From Chiloscyllium plagiosum (lineage: Eukaryota): a DNA stretch of 64,000 bases. This document shows positions 37,229-48,880 of the stretch, one piece after another. The translations under genes were made by a program, and so were the position numbers. Below the pieces are notes generated by a model. It was not told the DNA's origin. It did not search any database and saw only the letters and a program-made list of their open reading frames with translations. How positions within the stretch are numbered: the stretch's first letter is position 1; every line of letters starts with the position of its first letter. The stretch lies in contig NC_057711.1 in the NCBI RefSeq assembly GCF_004010195.1, forward strand, positions 71,400,511-71,464,510. Reading direction: 5' to 3'.

Positions 37229-38454
37229 CAACATCAAAAAGATCCATGTCAGCCACTATTTATGGGACTATATCCATTGGAGTACCTCAGCCTACAAAAG
37301 CGTTGACAGAACTTTAAGGTGGACCTTTCCTGCCATCAGGGTCAAAAATGGAAAGTGACCTCACTCTGATAGGCAGCGACACCTGGCCAGCATTTTTGTT
37401 TTGCTGGCATTAGGCCACTAACAGGTCAGAGCCATTGTCCAATTGAATATGGCCCCTAGAGCTCTTGGCCCAATCAGACAGTTGGCAACTTAGTACCCGC
37501 TGCAATGTCAGTGATATCAGTGGCCAGTACTGAAGCTTTATTCAGGATCTAAGTAGCTCAATGTCAAAGGTTTTGTTTAAAAGAAACCAAGGTCAGGTAA
37601 GCAAACTTGACAATTATGAAGGGTGGGGAAGGGTCATGATATATTTGCAGACTGCCATGGGGAGGTCCATTTCCATCGGGGGCCATGAAACACTCATTAA
37701 GGAGGTTCCCACTTTCCGAAGCCCACTGGGAAGTTGCAGAGATTGTTGTCTCATCACATGGTAGCACCATGCCCTTGGGAGTGTGAAGTGGTCTTTATTG
37801 GAGAATTAAGTGGCTAAATTAACCACTTAGCCACTTACTGCTGGTACTTCATCATATTGCCAGTTCCAAGCCAATCATTAATGGACAGAAAATCTCAACT
37901 CAAATTCCTTAGAAGTGCCAAACTCTGTCTGCACTGTATTGATATATAAATCTCGGATACCTATCCAAATCCATGACTAAGTGTCAAACCGATGCTGGCA
38001 GCAATTAGGGATAAATATACTGTAATGCACGTCTCCAACATCAGATAGTAGTAAATTTGGGTTTACCACAAAACAATCTATTTTAAACATTTAATCTTGA
38101 TTCAGAAAGTAAGTTGTTGCAAGTTTCTGGCTTTTTCTTTAGCCACTGCCCAAGTAATGGCTTCCTCTCTTGTAATAGTTTATGGTGTGTTGGGATAAGC
38201 AAACTAATTCAAAAATGCTTCCTTTTATAGTTATGGAATTGCTAATGTTCAGAGTGGAGACAAGCGGTCTGCATTGCCCAGCCTGATGTTAAAAACAAGT
38301 TAAATAAAATAACAAGATAAACTAAAATAGATAGATTTCGAGTAATTGAAATAAGAATTCTGTAGTGCATTCCTTAATTATGGACATTATCAAGAAAACT
38401 AATGGCCTCTATCTGTAAAGGTTTGGATTGTCTGATATCCTTTGGAGTTCTCAA

Positions 38455-39296
38455 AGATGGGCCACTGGGCTGAGAAGTGGCAGATGGAGTTTAATTTAGA
38501 TAAATGCGAGACGCTGCATTTTGGAAAAGCAAATCTTAGCAGGACTTCTACACTTAATGGCAAGGTCCTAGGGAGTGTTGTTGAACAAAGAGACCTTGGA
38601 GTGCAGGTTCTTAGCTCATTGAAAGTAGAGTCGCAGGTAGATAGGATAGTGAAGAAGGCATTTGGTATGCTTTCTTTTATTGTTCAGAGTATTGAGTACA
38701 GAAGGTGGAAGGTCATGTTGCGTCTGTATAGTACATTGGTTAGGCCACCTTTGGAATATTGCGTGCAATTCTGGTCTCCTTCCTATCGGAAAGATGTTGC
38801 GAAACTTGAAATGGTTCAGAAAATATTTACAAGGATGTTGCCAGTGTTGGAGGATTTGATCTGTAGAGAGAGGTTAAATAGGCTGGGGCTGTTTTTCCTG
38901 GAGTGTTGGAGGCTGAAGGATGACCTTATAGAGGTTTATAAAATCATGAGGGGCATGGATAGGGTAAATAGACAAAGCCTCTTCCCTGGGGAGGGGAAGT
39001 CCAGAACTAGAAGATATAGGTTTAGGATGAGAGGGGAAAGATTGAAAAGAGATCTAAGGGGTAACGTTTTCACGCAGAGGGTAGTACATGTATGGAGTGA
39101 GCGGCCAGAGGAAGTGGTGGAGGCTGGTATGATTGCAACATTTAAAAGGCATCTGGAGGGTATATGAATAGGAAGGGTTTGGAGGGAAATGGGCCAGGTG
39201 CTGGCAGGTGGGTATAGGTTGGGTTGGGATATCTGGTCGGCATGGACAGGTTGAACCGAAGGGTCTGTTTCCGTGTTGTTTATCTCTATGACTCTA
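38455..39296 (+). mobile_element. CR1/HER1-type LINE 3' part
   Basis: Open 241-aa frame WAEKWQMEFNLDKC...QRDLGVQV...LEYCVQFWSP...TFKRHL; tail ctctatgactcta. Confidence 0.96.
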
Positions 39297-40008
39297 AGTA
39301 CTTTGTAGCCACTGGATTAGATTTGCACTGGTGTCAGTATTGGTTTGTAGACAATTGTAGCACCTGATTTTCAGACCAGGTTTCACAAACAATAAATATG
39401 GTGAATGGTTTGATTCAGGGTAAATTGTTACTTTTACAATGGAGTTGCGACAATATTTGTTGGCAAACTGGTAATGAATATAGGAGGGACAATGGTTAAG
39501 GTGGGGGGGGACAATCTGAGGACTTCTTGTTTGAGAAGAGGAGGAGCCTGTGTTGGAAGGTGTGTACGGAGACGATAAAGAGGCAATCTTTTTCCAAACT
39601 TTAATTAAGGAATAGTTTGGGCAGCCAGGCTACATTTGTGATGTCTAGGAGAGGTGGGGGGAGGCGGGGGGCGGGGAGCATTTGAATTCTCCTGCACCCA
39701 GGCAGACAAGGAGGACTCAAACCTCCCTCTGCATCCAGACAAAATTTCAGCACTAAAACTAATATCTCATTCTATTCAACTATATGTTGCTATTTGTTAA
39801 AAATGATTGTCATATTTAGAACTTTATTTGAGATGCATTAATGGTCAACATTTGACAGATTTGATTTATTTTATATTGCATTTTCATGTTCAACGCAGAG
39901 ATTGTGATAATTGATATTCTTCCTGTCATCCTTTGATTTCTTGTGTCCCTTCTCCTGATTTAGTATTATCTCAGGTAGATTTCTGCATAAGATAATGGTT
40001 CTGAAAGA

Positions 40009-40091
40009 GTTAAAAATCACACAACACCAGGTTATAGTCCAACAGGTTTATTTGGAAGCTTTCGGAGTGATGCTTCTTCATCAGGTGGTCC
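40009..40091 (-). mobile_element. Short PLE-derived insertion (family C) with hammerhead motif and TSD
   Basis: Reverse complement reads cac-CTGATGA-agaagcatcactcc-GAAAGCTT; flanks gttctgaaagagtt (39998-40011) / gttttgaaagagtt (40092-40105). Confidence 0.85.
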
Positions 40092-40391
40092 GTTTTGAAA
40101 GAGTTTGAGATGCACCCCTCAATTTCATGGCATCATTTACTTTTGGATGGGGAAGAACTGAATCAAGCTCAAGAGTCCAATATTTTGAAATTGACTCCTG
40201 ATAATCTTAGTTGCTCTGACCAACAGCCAATGTAACTTATACTTGTTACTATAGTTCAAATACACCTTGTTAAGGCAAATGATTATTTTTATTAAGGCTC
40301 TCCACTGCTTCATCCTCTACCACTGTTAACCAAGCAGGTTCTTAGGCCAAGTACAGAAACATTTGCAAATCATGCACTGGTGATTGTGGCC

Positions 40392-40605
40392 AGCCAGTAG
40401 CACCTAGAAGAGCAGGTAAGCAGAGGATTGTGGGATTGGCAGTCAGTAGTAACTGGAGGAATGGCAGGCAAAAGATCCTGAAACATGTAGTCAGCAGCAC
40501 CTAGAAGAACAGACAAATGGAGGACCCTGAGGCTCTTAGTTAGTAGCAACTAGAGGTATGGGCAAGCAAAAGACCCCAATAAGGCAGTCAGCAACACCAA
40601 GAGGC
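40392..40605 (+). repeat. Degenerate 48/49-bp tandem repeat with a 97-bp dimeric period
   Basis: Units starting ag(c/t)(c/t)ag(c/t)a at 40392, 40441, 40489, 40538 and 40586. Confidence 0.75.
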
Positions 40606-40696
40606 ACTGAAAGTTTGTTTACCATACGATTAATGATCTGTTTGTGTGTGTCTCTGGGTGCCATATTCATGTTTGCTATTCTGTCCAACAGCAATT

Positions 40697-40795
40697 TCAG
40701 TTCTGATGAAGGGTGATTGGACTTGAAATGTTAACTCTGCTTCTTTTTCGCTAGATGCTGCCAGACCGGCTGAGTTTCTCCAATATTCTGTTTAT
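40697..40795 (+). mobile_element. Short PLE-derived insertion (family B) with hammerhead motif
   Basis: agtt-CTGATGA-agggtgattggactt-GAAATGTT-aact; the flanks agtt/aact pair. Confidence 0.78.
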
Positions 40796-42025
40796 GAAGT
40801 AGTTGATGTGTGTTGGCTTTAATTTTCCATGCCTCATTAGATTCATAGAAGGTTCCTTGAGATTGGAAAGCAGCTAATTCCCAATGTTTTACACTCAAGT
40901 TAACAAAAAGCATGGACCACGTTTCTGCACTTAATAAAAATTACTATTTATTATAAATAAATTGATTCTAGCTACAGGAAAGCAACTGTGAAAGGCTGAC
41001 ATAGAATTCTACTAGTGAAAACTCTCTCTTAATGCATACAGACAATAAAACATTGGTGTTATTGGCTGCAAGAAAAAAATCTGGGCCTTTGTCCATGGGG
41101 TTAACTGAAATTAACTTATTGATTTGTTGGGACTTGTTCAATTTCTTTTCTCCTGTTATTTTTCACATCCTTACAAGAGACACAGTCTGAGTGTTTACAA
41201 ATTCTAAAATTTGATTTATTGGTAAAAACTAACAGATCATAGCAACTAGTAGGTGACAATAACTGGCTTTCTTCAGGCATTAGGGATTTTCCACACCAAG
41301 TGCCACACACCTCCCTATGCGCAGCTCTGAAGGCTGTTGCCAATAAGTTCATATACTCAAGCTTTTCAGCTATTAGTCACCAATCACACAGAATCACACA
41401 GATGACCTTTATCATCCAGAGTTGGTCACAATTCCACAAACCAATCAACTACTTGTGGGCAGCCGAATCTCACTTTGTATGCACCTCCTGGTGTCAGTCC
41501 ATCTGCAAGATTGAACAAAATAGAAATGTAAAAATGTTCCCTTATAATGAGTTTCAATAGCTTACTTTTAAAATAGGCAACAATTTCTTCCACAATCCAT
41601 GGTCTATAAAACAGCCCTTTGCCCATTTTTATCCACAATCAAAAATACAGAAAACTTAAGTTGGTCTCGACACACTGTTCTCATCAGAAAGAATGGGCGT
41701 TCAGAAAGCTGAGTTGTCTGACGCCAAAGCAAAATCATTGTTAACTTTGTTATTACGTTTATGTTCTATTTCATTCCATCAGCTGTTCCTGCTTCGTCAT
41801 AATATAACACGTGAATCAGTACATAAAAACAAAATACTGTGGATGCTAAAAACCTGAAACAAGCCAAGAATGCTGGAGAAACTAAGCCGGTTTGACAGCA
41901 CCAAGGTCTGAAGAGGATTCACATTGATCTCAAAACATTGATTTTTTCTGCAAGGTTTGTGAAGGTTTGTAGCTCAGGTTGAGGTTTAGGGTGTAGGTTT
42001 GCTCGCTGAGCTGTAGGTTTGATAT

Positions 42026-42065
42026 CCAGACGTTTCATTACCTAGCTAGGTAACATCATCAGTGG
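42026..42065 (-). ncRNA. Minimal type I hammerhead ribozyme motif
   Basis: Reverse complement reads CCA-CTGATGA-t-GTTACCT-agct-AGGTAAT-GAAAC-GTC-TGG. Confidence 0.82.
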
Positions 42066-42610
42066 CGACCTCCAAGTGAAGCGAAGCTGTTGTCTCCTGC
42101 TTTCTATTTATATCTTTCTCCTGGATGGGGTTCCTGGGGTTTGTGGTGATGTCATTTACTGTTTGTTTTCTGAGGGGTTGATAGATGGCGTATAGATCTA
42201 TGTGTTTGCTTATGGCGTTGTGGTTGGAGTGCCAGGCCTCTCGGAATTCTCTGGCATATCTTTGCTTAGCCTGTCCCAGGATAGATGTGTTGTCCCAGTC
42301 AAAATGGTGTTTTTTTCATCCGTGTGTAGGGGCTCCCTCGTAGCCCTACACACGGATGAAAGAAACCACCATTTCGACTGGGACAACACATCTATACTGG
42401 GACAGGCTAAGCAAAGACATGCCAGAAAATTCCGAGAGGCCTGGCACTCCAACCACAACGCCATAAACAAACACATAGATCTAGATGCCATCTATCAACC
42501 CCTCAGAAAATGAACAGGAAATGACATCACCACAAACCCCAGGAACCCCATCCAGGAGAAAGATATAAATAGAAAGCAGGAAACAACAGCTTCGCTTCAT
42601 TTGGAGGTCA

Positions 42611-42650
42611 CCACTGATGATGTTACCTAGCCAGGTAATGAAACGTCTGG
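42611..42650 (+). ncRNA. Minimal type I hammerhead ribozyme motif
   Basis: CCA-CTGATGA-t-GTTACCT-agcc-AGGTAAT-GAAAC-GTC-TGG; stems I and II both pair. Confidence 0.82.
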
Positions 42651-43939
42651 ATATCAAACCTACAGCTCAGCGAGCAAACTATACCCCATTGATTTTTTCT
42701 CTCTCCACTCGATGCTGCCGGACCTGCTGAGTTTCTCCAGCATTCTGTGTTTGTTTCAATGAATCAGTGAAATAGCTGCCATAGTCAATTCTAAATTTGG
42801 CCTGCTTTCTCTCTGTCCCACCTCTATTTCTGTCAACACAGCTATTCATTGGCTTCCTAATCTGCTTTCCAGCCAAGTAACCGTCTATTCCCATAAATAC
42901 TGAGGGCTGGGACTGCTTCTCCTCCAGGAACAGGATCAGAAACACTCTTGGCATTAGTTTTCCATTTTTTTCCCAGTAGATGTGAAACTCTGTCATAATG
43001 TTTATTTTCTTAAGATTCATTCAACTTGAATTGCATTGCATTTATCATTATCTTTATTATTTTAAGCACTTCCACATAAGGGTATGGTATTTTGTTAAAC
43101 TCGCCATTTCCTTCTTTCCCCTCTTGCTGTGCCATGAACTGTTTCCCAGGTTTGAGTTTTCTGCCATTGGCAGTTAATAACCATCTGCTTGGGGTGTGAT
43201 CAGTGGCTGGAGGGATTTCCTTCTTAAAAAAATGTAGTTGGCATCCACCATGACTGTGCTTCCTCACAACAGCAGGACTCAAATTAGAAAATGACCACAG
43301 GAGGATCATATTCAAGAATCTGGCCTACTCTACTTTTGTGCGGAGTTCCAACCTACTATCGCAGTTCTCTATCCCTCCCTTTAAAAAACATTCTGAAGAT
43401 GAACACTTAATCATGGTTAACAGCTGTCTAGTGGGATTGAATTTTGACTTGGAAGAAGACCACAGCTTTGTTTAACAAAAGTGCTTGTATCTTTCTCGAA
43501 CACATCTGCTATATCAATCACTCAGCATTAACACAGATCATTCTTTTTAATGTTTACTCCACTTCTTGTGAGCTTTTAAGACTGTTAGACTTCTTAAATC
43601 ATATCATTTAGGATGTTATCCTATTATGTAATTATGTAAGTTGATATTTTGGAAAAACATCATCTTCTGCATAAAAATATCAATAATATTGAAGTTTCAT
43701 TCTATGGCAATCTTAACCAAACCAAACAAGGAAACATTCATAGCAGCTCAAACAACCCAATTGTGCCACAGGAGACATTTATTTGCTAAACTCTCATTTA
43801 ATTTGTTTGTTTTAATGCTCATAATTATAAGCCTAAAATAAGAAATTATAGTCACTCATTACATTTTCATTTCATCTGTCTTTGCAATGCAGCGCAAGAC
43901 TTCACACCCCACCTTGGAAGCTGGTGGAAGTAAAGTTCT

Positions 43940-44190
43940 GTTAATTAATAATTCTGGAATTGGGAATTATATTCCATAATCATGACTTCTGATGCTATCA
44001 TTGCTTGTTATAAAAAACCATCTGGTCCACTAATGTCTTGCAGGGGTGAAAATCTGCTGTGTTTACCTGTTGGGAGCTATTTGTGCCACAGCAATGTAGT
44101 TAACTCTGAAATGGCCCAGCAAGCCATTCATTTCACTAGGCAATATGTGTTGGCCTAGCAACACCCACATCCCTTGAAAGAATAAAGGAA
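43940..44190 (+). mobile_element. Second SINE family, 5'-truncated
   Basis: aaaaccatctggtccactaatgtc...ccacagcaatgtagttaactct...cccacatcccttgaaagaataaa. Confidence 0.75.
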
Positions 44191-44722
44191 ACAACATAAT
44201 TTGCGTCAACCTTGAGGTTAGTCTTCTCAACAAATGTGGCAAGTTAAAGGTACAAAATTTCATGCACTGATTACAAGAAATATGGTGTAAATCAATCAAG
44301 TTTGTAGTTAATGCAAAACGAAGAGTTGCAATTCAATCTGAGATGGCAGCTCAGGAACTCAAAAATGGGTGTCGGTATTTTCTTAATAACTGGAAGAGCA
44401 AAACAAAGAAAACGTAATGTGACTCAGTGTAAAAGACCACACAAAGGGAGAGGCAATAGGCCATGAGATCACAATTGGTACAATTAGGTTGAACTTGACA
44501 GTGACCTCTGAGCTTCTGTAGGTTTACTGCCCAACACTTCCAAACAATCTAATCTAACAACAGCGAAAATAATGAAGAAAATTCAGCACATCGAGTAAAA
44601 CATAATAATTCTGAAGGTTATACCTTGAATACTTTGTTCAGTTCTGTTCATAATGCACAGTGGGCAGAATCTTATAGACATGGGGTACTGCAAGATGTGT
44701 AGCTGAATCTAACAAAATGTCT

Positions 44723-44851
44723 CCCTGATGAAGGGCTTTTGCCCGAAATGTTGATTTTCCTGCTCCTTGGATGCTGCCTGGCCTGCTGTGCTTTTCCAGC
44801 ACCACTCTATTCTTGACTCTAATCTCCAGAATCTGCAGTACCCACGTCTGC
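44723..44851 (+). mobile_element. Short PLE-derived insertion (family A) with hammerhead motif and TSD
   Basis: cc-CTGATGA-a-GGGC-tttt-GCCC-GAAATGTT; flanks ctaacaaaatgtct (44709-44722) / ctaacaaaaagtct (44852-44865). Confidence 0.88.
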
Positions 44852-46059
44852 CTAACAAAAAGTCTGACAAGGCCCATCTTGGTATCAAGTTAATCTCGCT
44901 TCATCTTTTATGCTTTTCATAAAGGATGTGCCAAGATTCTCATCACGTAGTATCAAGACGCCAATTGATAGGATTAACACTTGTTACATGCTTTGTTAAT
45001 CTCATAATTTATCTTATTAATATTCAGCCTCTCACCTTACCCAGCTCACCAAACAAGCTAGACATTGGGAAAACTTGACAAGGAAACAAGAGTAGGTGAA
45101 TTCAGTTTGCTGCTTGGTCCAAACTACCTCCAGACTGCACATGGGCACAACATCTCAGGACACGTTCCATGGATGTTTGACACATATCCCTTCATCTCTA
45201 GATCTTGGCAGTCAATTGTGCAGGTCCAGCAGAAGCAGTCAGGGAATTCAAGTATTGTTCATTGGCAAGCTGCAGACACAGCAGTCAGGTGTCTAGTCAG
45301 TCATGTCTGGGTGATGATTGTTGGAATCAGTCAGATGTTTGATCAAATCCAGTCTTGGGTGTCTGTCCCTCTTTCAGGAGTTTTCAACGGCGAGAGGACT
45401 GTAGGGGCAGTTGTTGCAGGGATTAAGTCTCAATGACAGAAGGGGTGAGAAAGTCAAGGGTGGGGGGGAATTGGTAGAAAGCAGAGGCAGTTGTCGTAGT
45501 GGGAATAAGAACAATGAAGGGGAAAACCCAAATTGAATGCAGGGAATTTGGAATATTATCAGTGGTTGTGATAGGCTATGGAGAATGAGTTATTGATTTT
45601 GACCACCACCATGGCCTCCACAGAGGTAGAATGGGCATCAACGAGGTGTAATACTGGGATTCAGGTAACAAGGAGGACCATTTTTGATGAAGTTTAATTA
45701 TGGTCGGTGTCCACATAGGGAGAATGAGTGAGTTGAGATTTGCAGTTAAGTTAGTGTGAGGTAACAGAGGATGTGCAGGCTGTGGGGTGGAGCCTGGTGC
45801 TGACAGTGCCCAGTGCAGTTTGAACTGCCAGCTATCATTTTCCATTCTCTAAATGCAAAGTGATATTAGAAATAGCACAATGCCCATGGTGGACAGAGTA
45901 AATGTCAGTTTGCTAGGCAAAAGCATGCAATCCACAATGACACTGTAGCCGCAAACCAAGAAGCAGCATTTGCAAAAGTACAGCTATATTGAATTTACAA
46001 TCATTGCATCGCTTATTTGATATGCATTCAGATTGAGGATACTTAAGGATAAGATAACA

Positions 46060-46265
46060 ATTTGCAATGAACTTGAGGGTAAACTTGCACACATCGTGAA
46101 AGCCGATTATAAAAGTTTCTATAAATATATGAAGTAATATACAGACGTGGATTGAGAATTGGTTGACAGACAGGAAACAAAATGTGAATAAATGGATGTT
46201 TTTCCAGGTGGTAGACAGTGCTTCGTGGTGTACTGCAGGGATCAGTATTTGCGACTCAACTTATC
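46060..46265 (+). mobile_element. Old CR1-type internal fragments
   Basis: aaaagtttctataaatatatgaag; tggattgagaattggttgacagacaggaaacaa; ggtgtactgcagggatcagt. Confidence 0.55.
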
Positions 46266-46313
46266 AGAAGGTTTTGGGATTATCTAGGTAAGTGTTCTGG
46301 GTAGGGGCAAACG

Positions 46314-47507
46314 CATAGAGTCATTGGGATGTACAGCATGGAAACAGACCCTACAGTCCAACGCGTCCATGCTGACCAGATGTCTGAACCTAATCTAGTC
46401 TCATTTGCCAGCAGTTGGTCCATATCCCTCTAAACCCTTCTTATTCATATACTCATCCAGATGCCTTTTAAATGCTGTAATTGTACCAGCCTCCACCACT
46501 TCCTCTGGCAGCTCATTCCCATACATGCACCACTCTCTGTATGAAAAGGTTGCCCCTTAGGTCCTTTTTATATCCTTCCCCTCTCACCCTAAACCTACGT
46601 CCTCTAGTTCTGGACTCCCCCACCCCAGGGAAAAGACCTTGTCTATTTATCCAATCCATGCCCCTCATGATTTTATAAACCTCTACAAGATCACCCCTCA
46701 TCCTCTGATGTTTCTAGGAAAACAGCCCCAGCCTGTTCAGATTCTCCTTATAGCTCAAATCCTCCAACCCTGGCAACATCCTTGTAAATCTTTTCTGAAC
46801 CCTTTCAAGTTTCATAACATCCTTCTGACAGGAAGGAGACCAGAATTGCACACAATATTCCAAAAGTGGCCTGAACAATGTCCTGTTCAGCTGCAACATG
46901 ACCTCCCAATCCTGTACTCAGTACTCTGACCAATAAAGGAAAGCATACCAAATGCCTTCTTCAATATCCTATCTACCTGTGATTCTACTTTCAAGAAGCT
47001 ATGAACCTGCACTCTAAGGTCTCTTTATTCAGCAACATTCCCTAGGATCTTACCATTAAGTGTATAAGTCTGTTTTGATTTCTTTTCCAAAAAGCAGCAC
47101 CTCACATTTGTCTAAATAAAACTCCATCTGCCACTTCTCAGCCCATTGGCCCATCTGATCAAGATCCCATTGTACTCTGAGGTAACCTTCTTTGCTGTCC
47201 ACTACACCTTCAATTTTGGTGTCATCTGCAAACTTTCGAACCATACCTCCTATGTTCATACCCAAATTATTTATATAAATGACAAAAAAGTAGAGGACCC
47301 AGCACCGATCCTTGTGGCACACCACAGGTCATAGGCCTCCAGCTTGAAAAGCAGCCCTCTCCCATCACCCTCTGTCTTCTACCTTTGAGTCAGTTCAGTA
47401 TGCAACTGGCAAGTTCTCCATGTTCCATGTGATCTAACCTTGTTAACACCTTACTGAACTCCATATAGATCAGTCCATTCGGCCTTCATCAATCCTCATT
47501 GTTACTT
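46314..47507 (-). mobile_element. CR1/HER1-type LINE 3' half (subfamily 1)
   Basis: KFADDTKI, RPLLEYCVQFWSP, GDLVEVYKIMRGMD; tail like the one at 17200. Confidence 0.95.
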
Positions 47508-48880
47508 ACAAAGAAAAATACAGCACAGAACAGGCCCTTTGACCCACGATATTGTGCCGAGGTTTAATCCTAATGTAAAATATAGTAATTTAATCTACAC
47601 AGCCCTCAACTCACTGCTATCCATGTGCATGTCCAGCAGTCGCTTAAATGTCCCCAATGACTCTGCTTCCACCACCACAGCTGGCAACGCATTCCATGTA
47701 TTCACAACTCTCTGGGTAAAGAACCTACCTCTGATGTCTCCTTTATACCTTCCTCCTCATAACTTCAAACTATGACTCCTCGTACCAGTCAAACCTGCCT
47801 AGGGTCAAGTCTCTGGCTATTGACTCTATCTATTCCACTCATTATCTTGTATACCTCAATCAGGTCTCCTCTCTTCCTCCTTCTCTCCAGAGAGAAAAGT
47901 CCGAGCGTTTTCAACCTTTCTTCATAAGACAAGCTCTCCAGTCCAGGCAGCATCCTGGTAAACCTTCTTTGCACCCTCTCCAAAGCCTCTGTACCTTTTC
48001 CTATAGTAGGGCGACCAGACCTGGACACAGTATTCCAAGTGTGGTCTCACCAGGGACTTGTAGAGCTGTAGCAAAACCTCATGGCTCTTAAACTCAATTG
48101 CCCTGTTAAGGAAAGCCAAAACACCATATGCTTTCTTAACAACCCTAGCCACTTGAGTGGCAACTTTGAGGGATCTATGTACTTGCACACCCTGATCGCA
48201 CTGCCAAGAATCCTGTCTTTAAACCTATATTCAGCGTTCGACCTTCCAAAATGCATCACTTCACATTTATCCAGGTTGAACTCCATCTGCCATTTCTCAG
48301 CCCAGCTCTGCATCCTGTCTATGTCGCGCTGCAGCCGTTTATACTGTCGATGACACCTCCAACCTTTGTGTCATCTGCAAATTTATTAACCCACCCTTCA
48401 AGCTCCTCATCCAAGTCATCTATAAAAACTACAAAGAGCAGAGGCCCAAGAACAGAGCCCTATGGGACATCATTCAACAGTGACCTCCTGGCAGAATACT
48501 TTCTATCTACAACCACTCTCTGCCTTCTGTCAGCCAGCCAGCCAGACTTTATGAATGAGCCTACCATGGGGGACCTTACTAAATGGAGAAAGTGAGGACT
48601 GCAGATGCTGGAGATCAGAGCTGAAAATGTGTTGCTGGAAAAGCGCAGCAGGTCAGGCAGCATCCGAGGAGCAGGAGAATCAACGTTTCGGGCATGAGCC
48701 CTTCTTCAGGAATGAAGAAGGGCTCATGCCTGAAACATCGATTTTCCTGCTCCTTGGATGCTGCCTGGCCTGCTGCGCCTTTCCAGCAACACATTTTCAG
48801 CTCGAACCTTATTAAATGCCTTGCTGAAGTCCATATACACCACATCACTGCTCGACCTTTGTTGACCTGTCTTGTCGCCT
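47508..48880 (-). mobile_element. CR1-type LINE 3' half (different subfamily) nested in subfamily 1
   Basis: QVHRSLKVATQVARVVKKAYG...VRPHLEYCVQVWSP; tail resembles 12030-12098; interrupted at 48585-48805. Confidence 0.9.
48585..48805. mobile_element. Fold-back family A PLE derivative with TSD
   Basis: Arms meet at cttcttca-ggaa-tgaagaag (48701-48720); flanks accttactaaatg (48573-48585) / accttattaaatg (48806-48818). Confidence 0.9.

Larger units (their letters stand above)
41950..42686. mobile_element. Palindromic PLE 3' fragment (two inverted arms of about 345 bp), 14-bp TSD
   Basis: Arms about 41989-42334 and 42342-42686; encodes HHFDWDNTSILGQAKQRHARKFREAWHS (GIY-YIG C-terminus); perfect TSD cattgattttttct at 41936-41949 and 42687-42700. 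Confidence 0.95.
41821..42759. mobile_element. Fold-back family B PLE derivative hosting a younger PLE insertion
   Basis: Minus arm 41823-41901; plus arm 41903-41949 plus 42701-42758; direct repeat tgaatcagt at 41812-41820 and 42760-42768. Confidence 0.7.

Noticed and set aside
39652..39678. G-rich run, possible G-quadruplex
   Set aside because: Only three long G tracts and no promoter or CpG-island context.
40392..40605. Regularly spaced repeats suggesting a CRISPR-like array
   Set aside because: Eukaryotic context; the spacers are themselves homologous and there are no cas-like ORFs.
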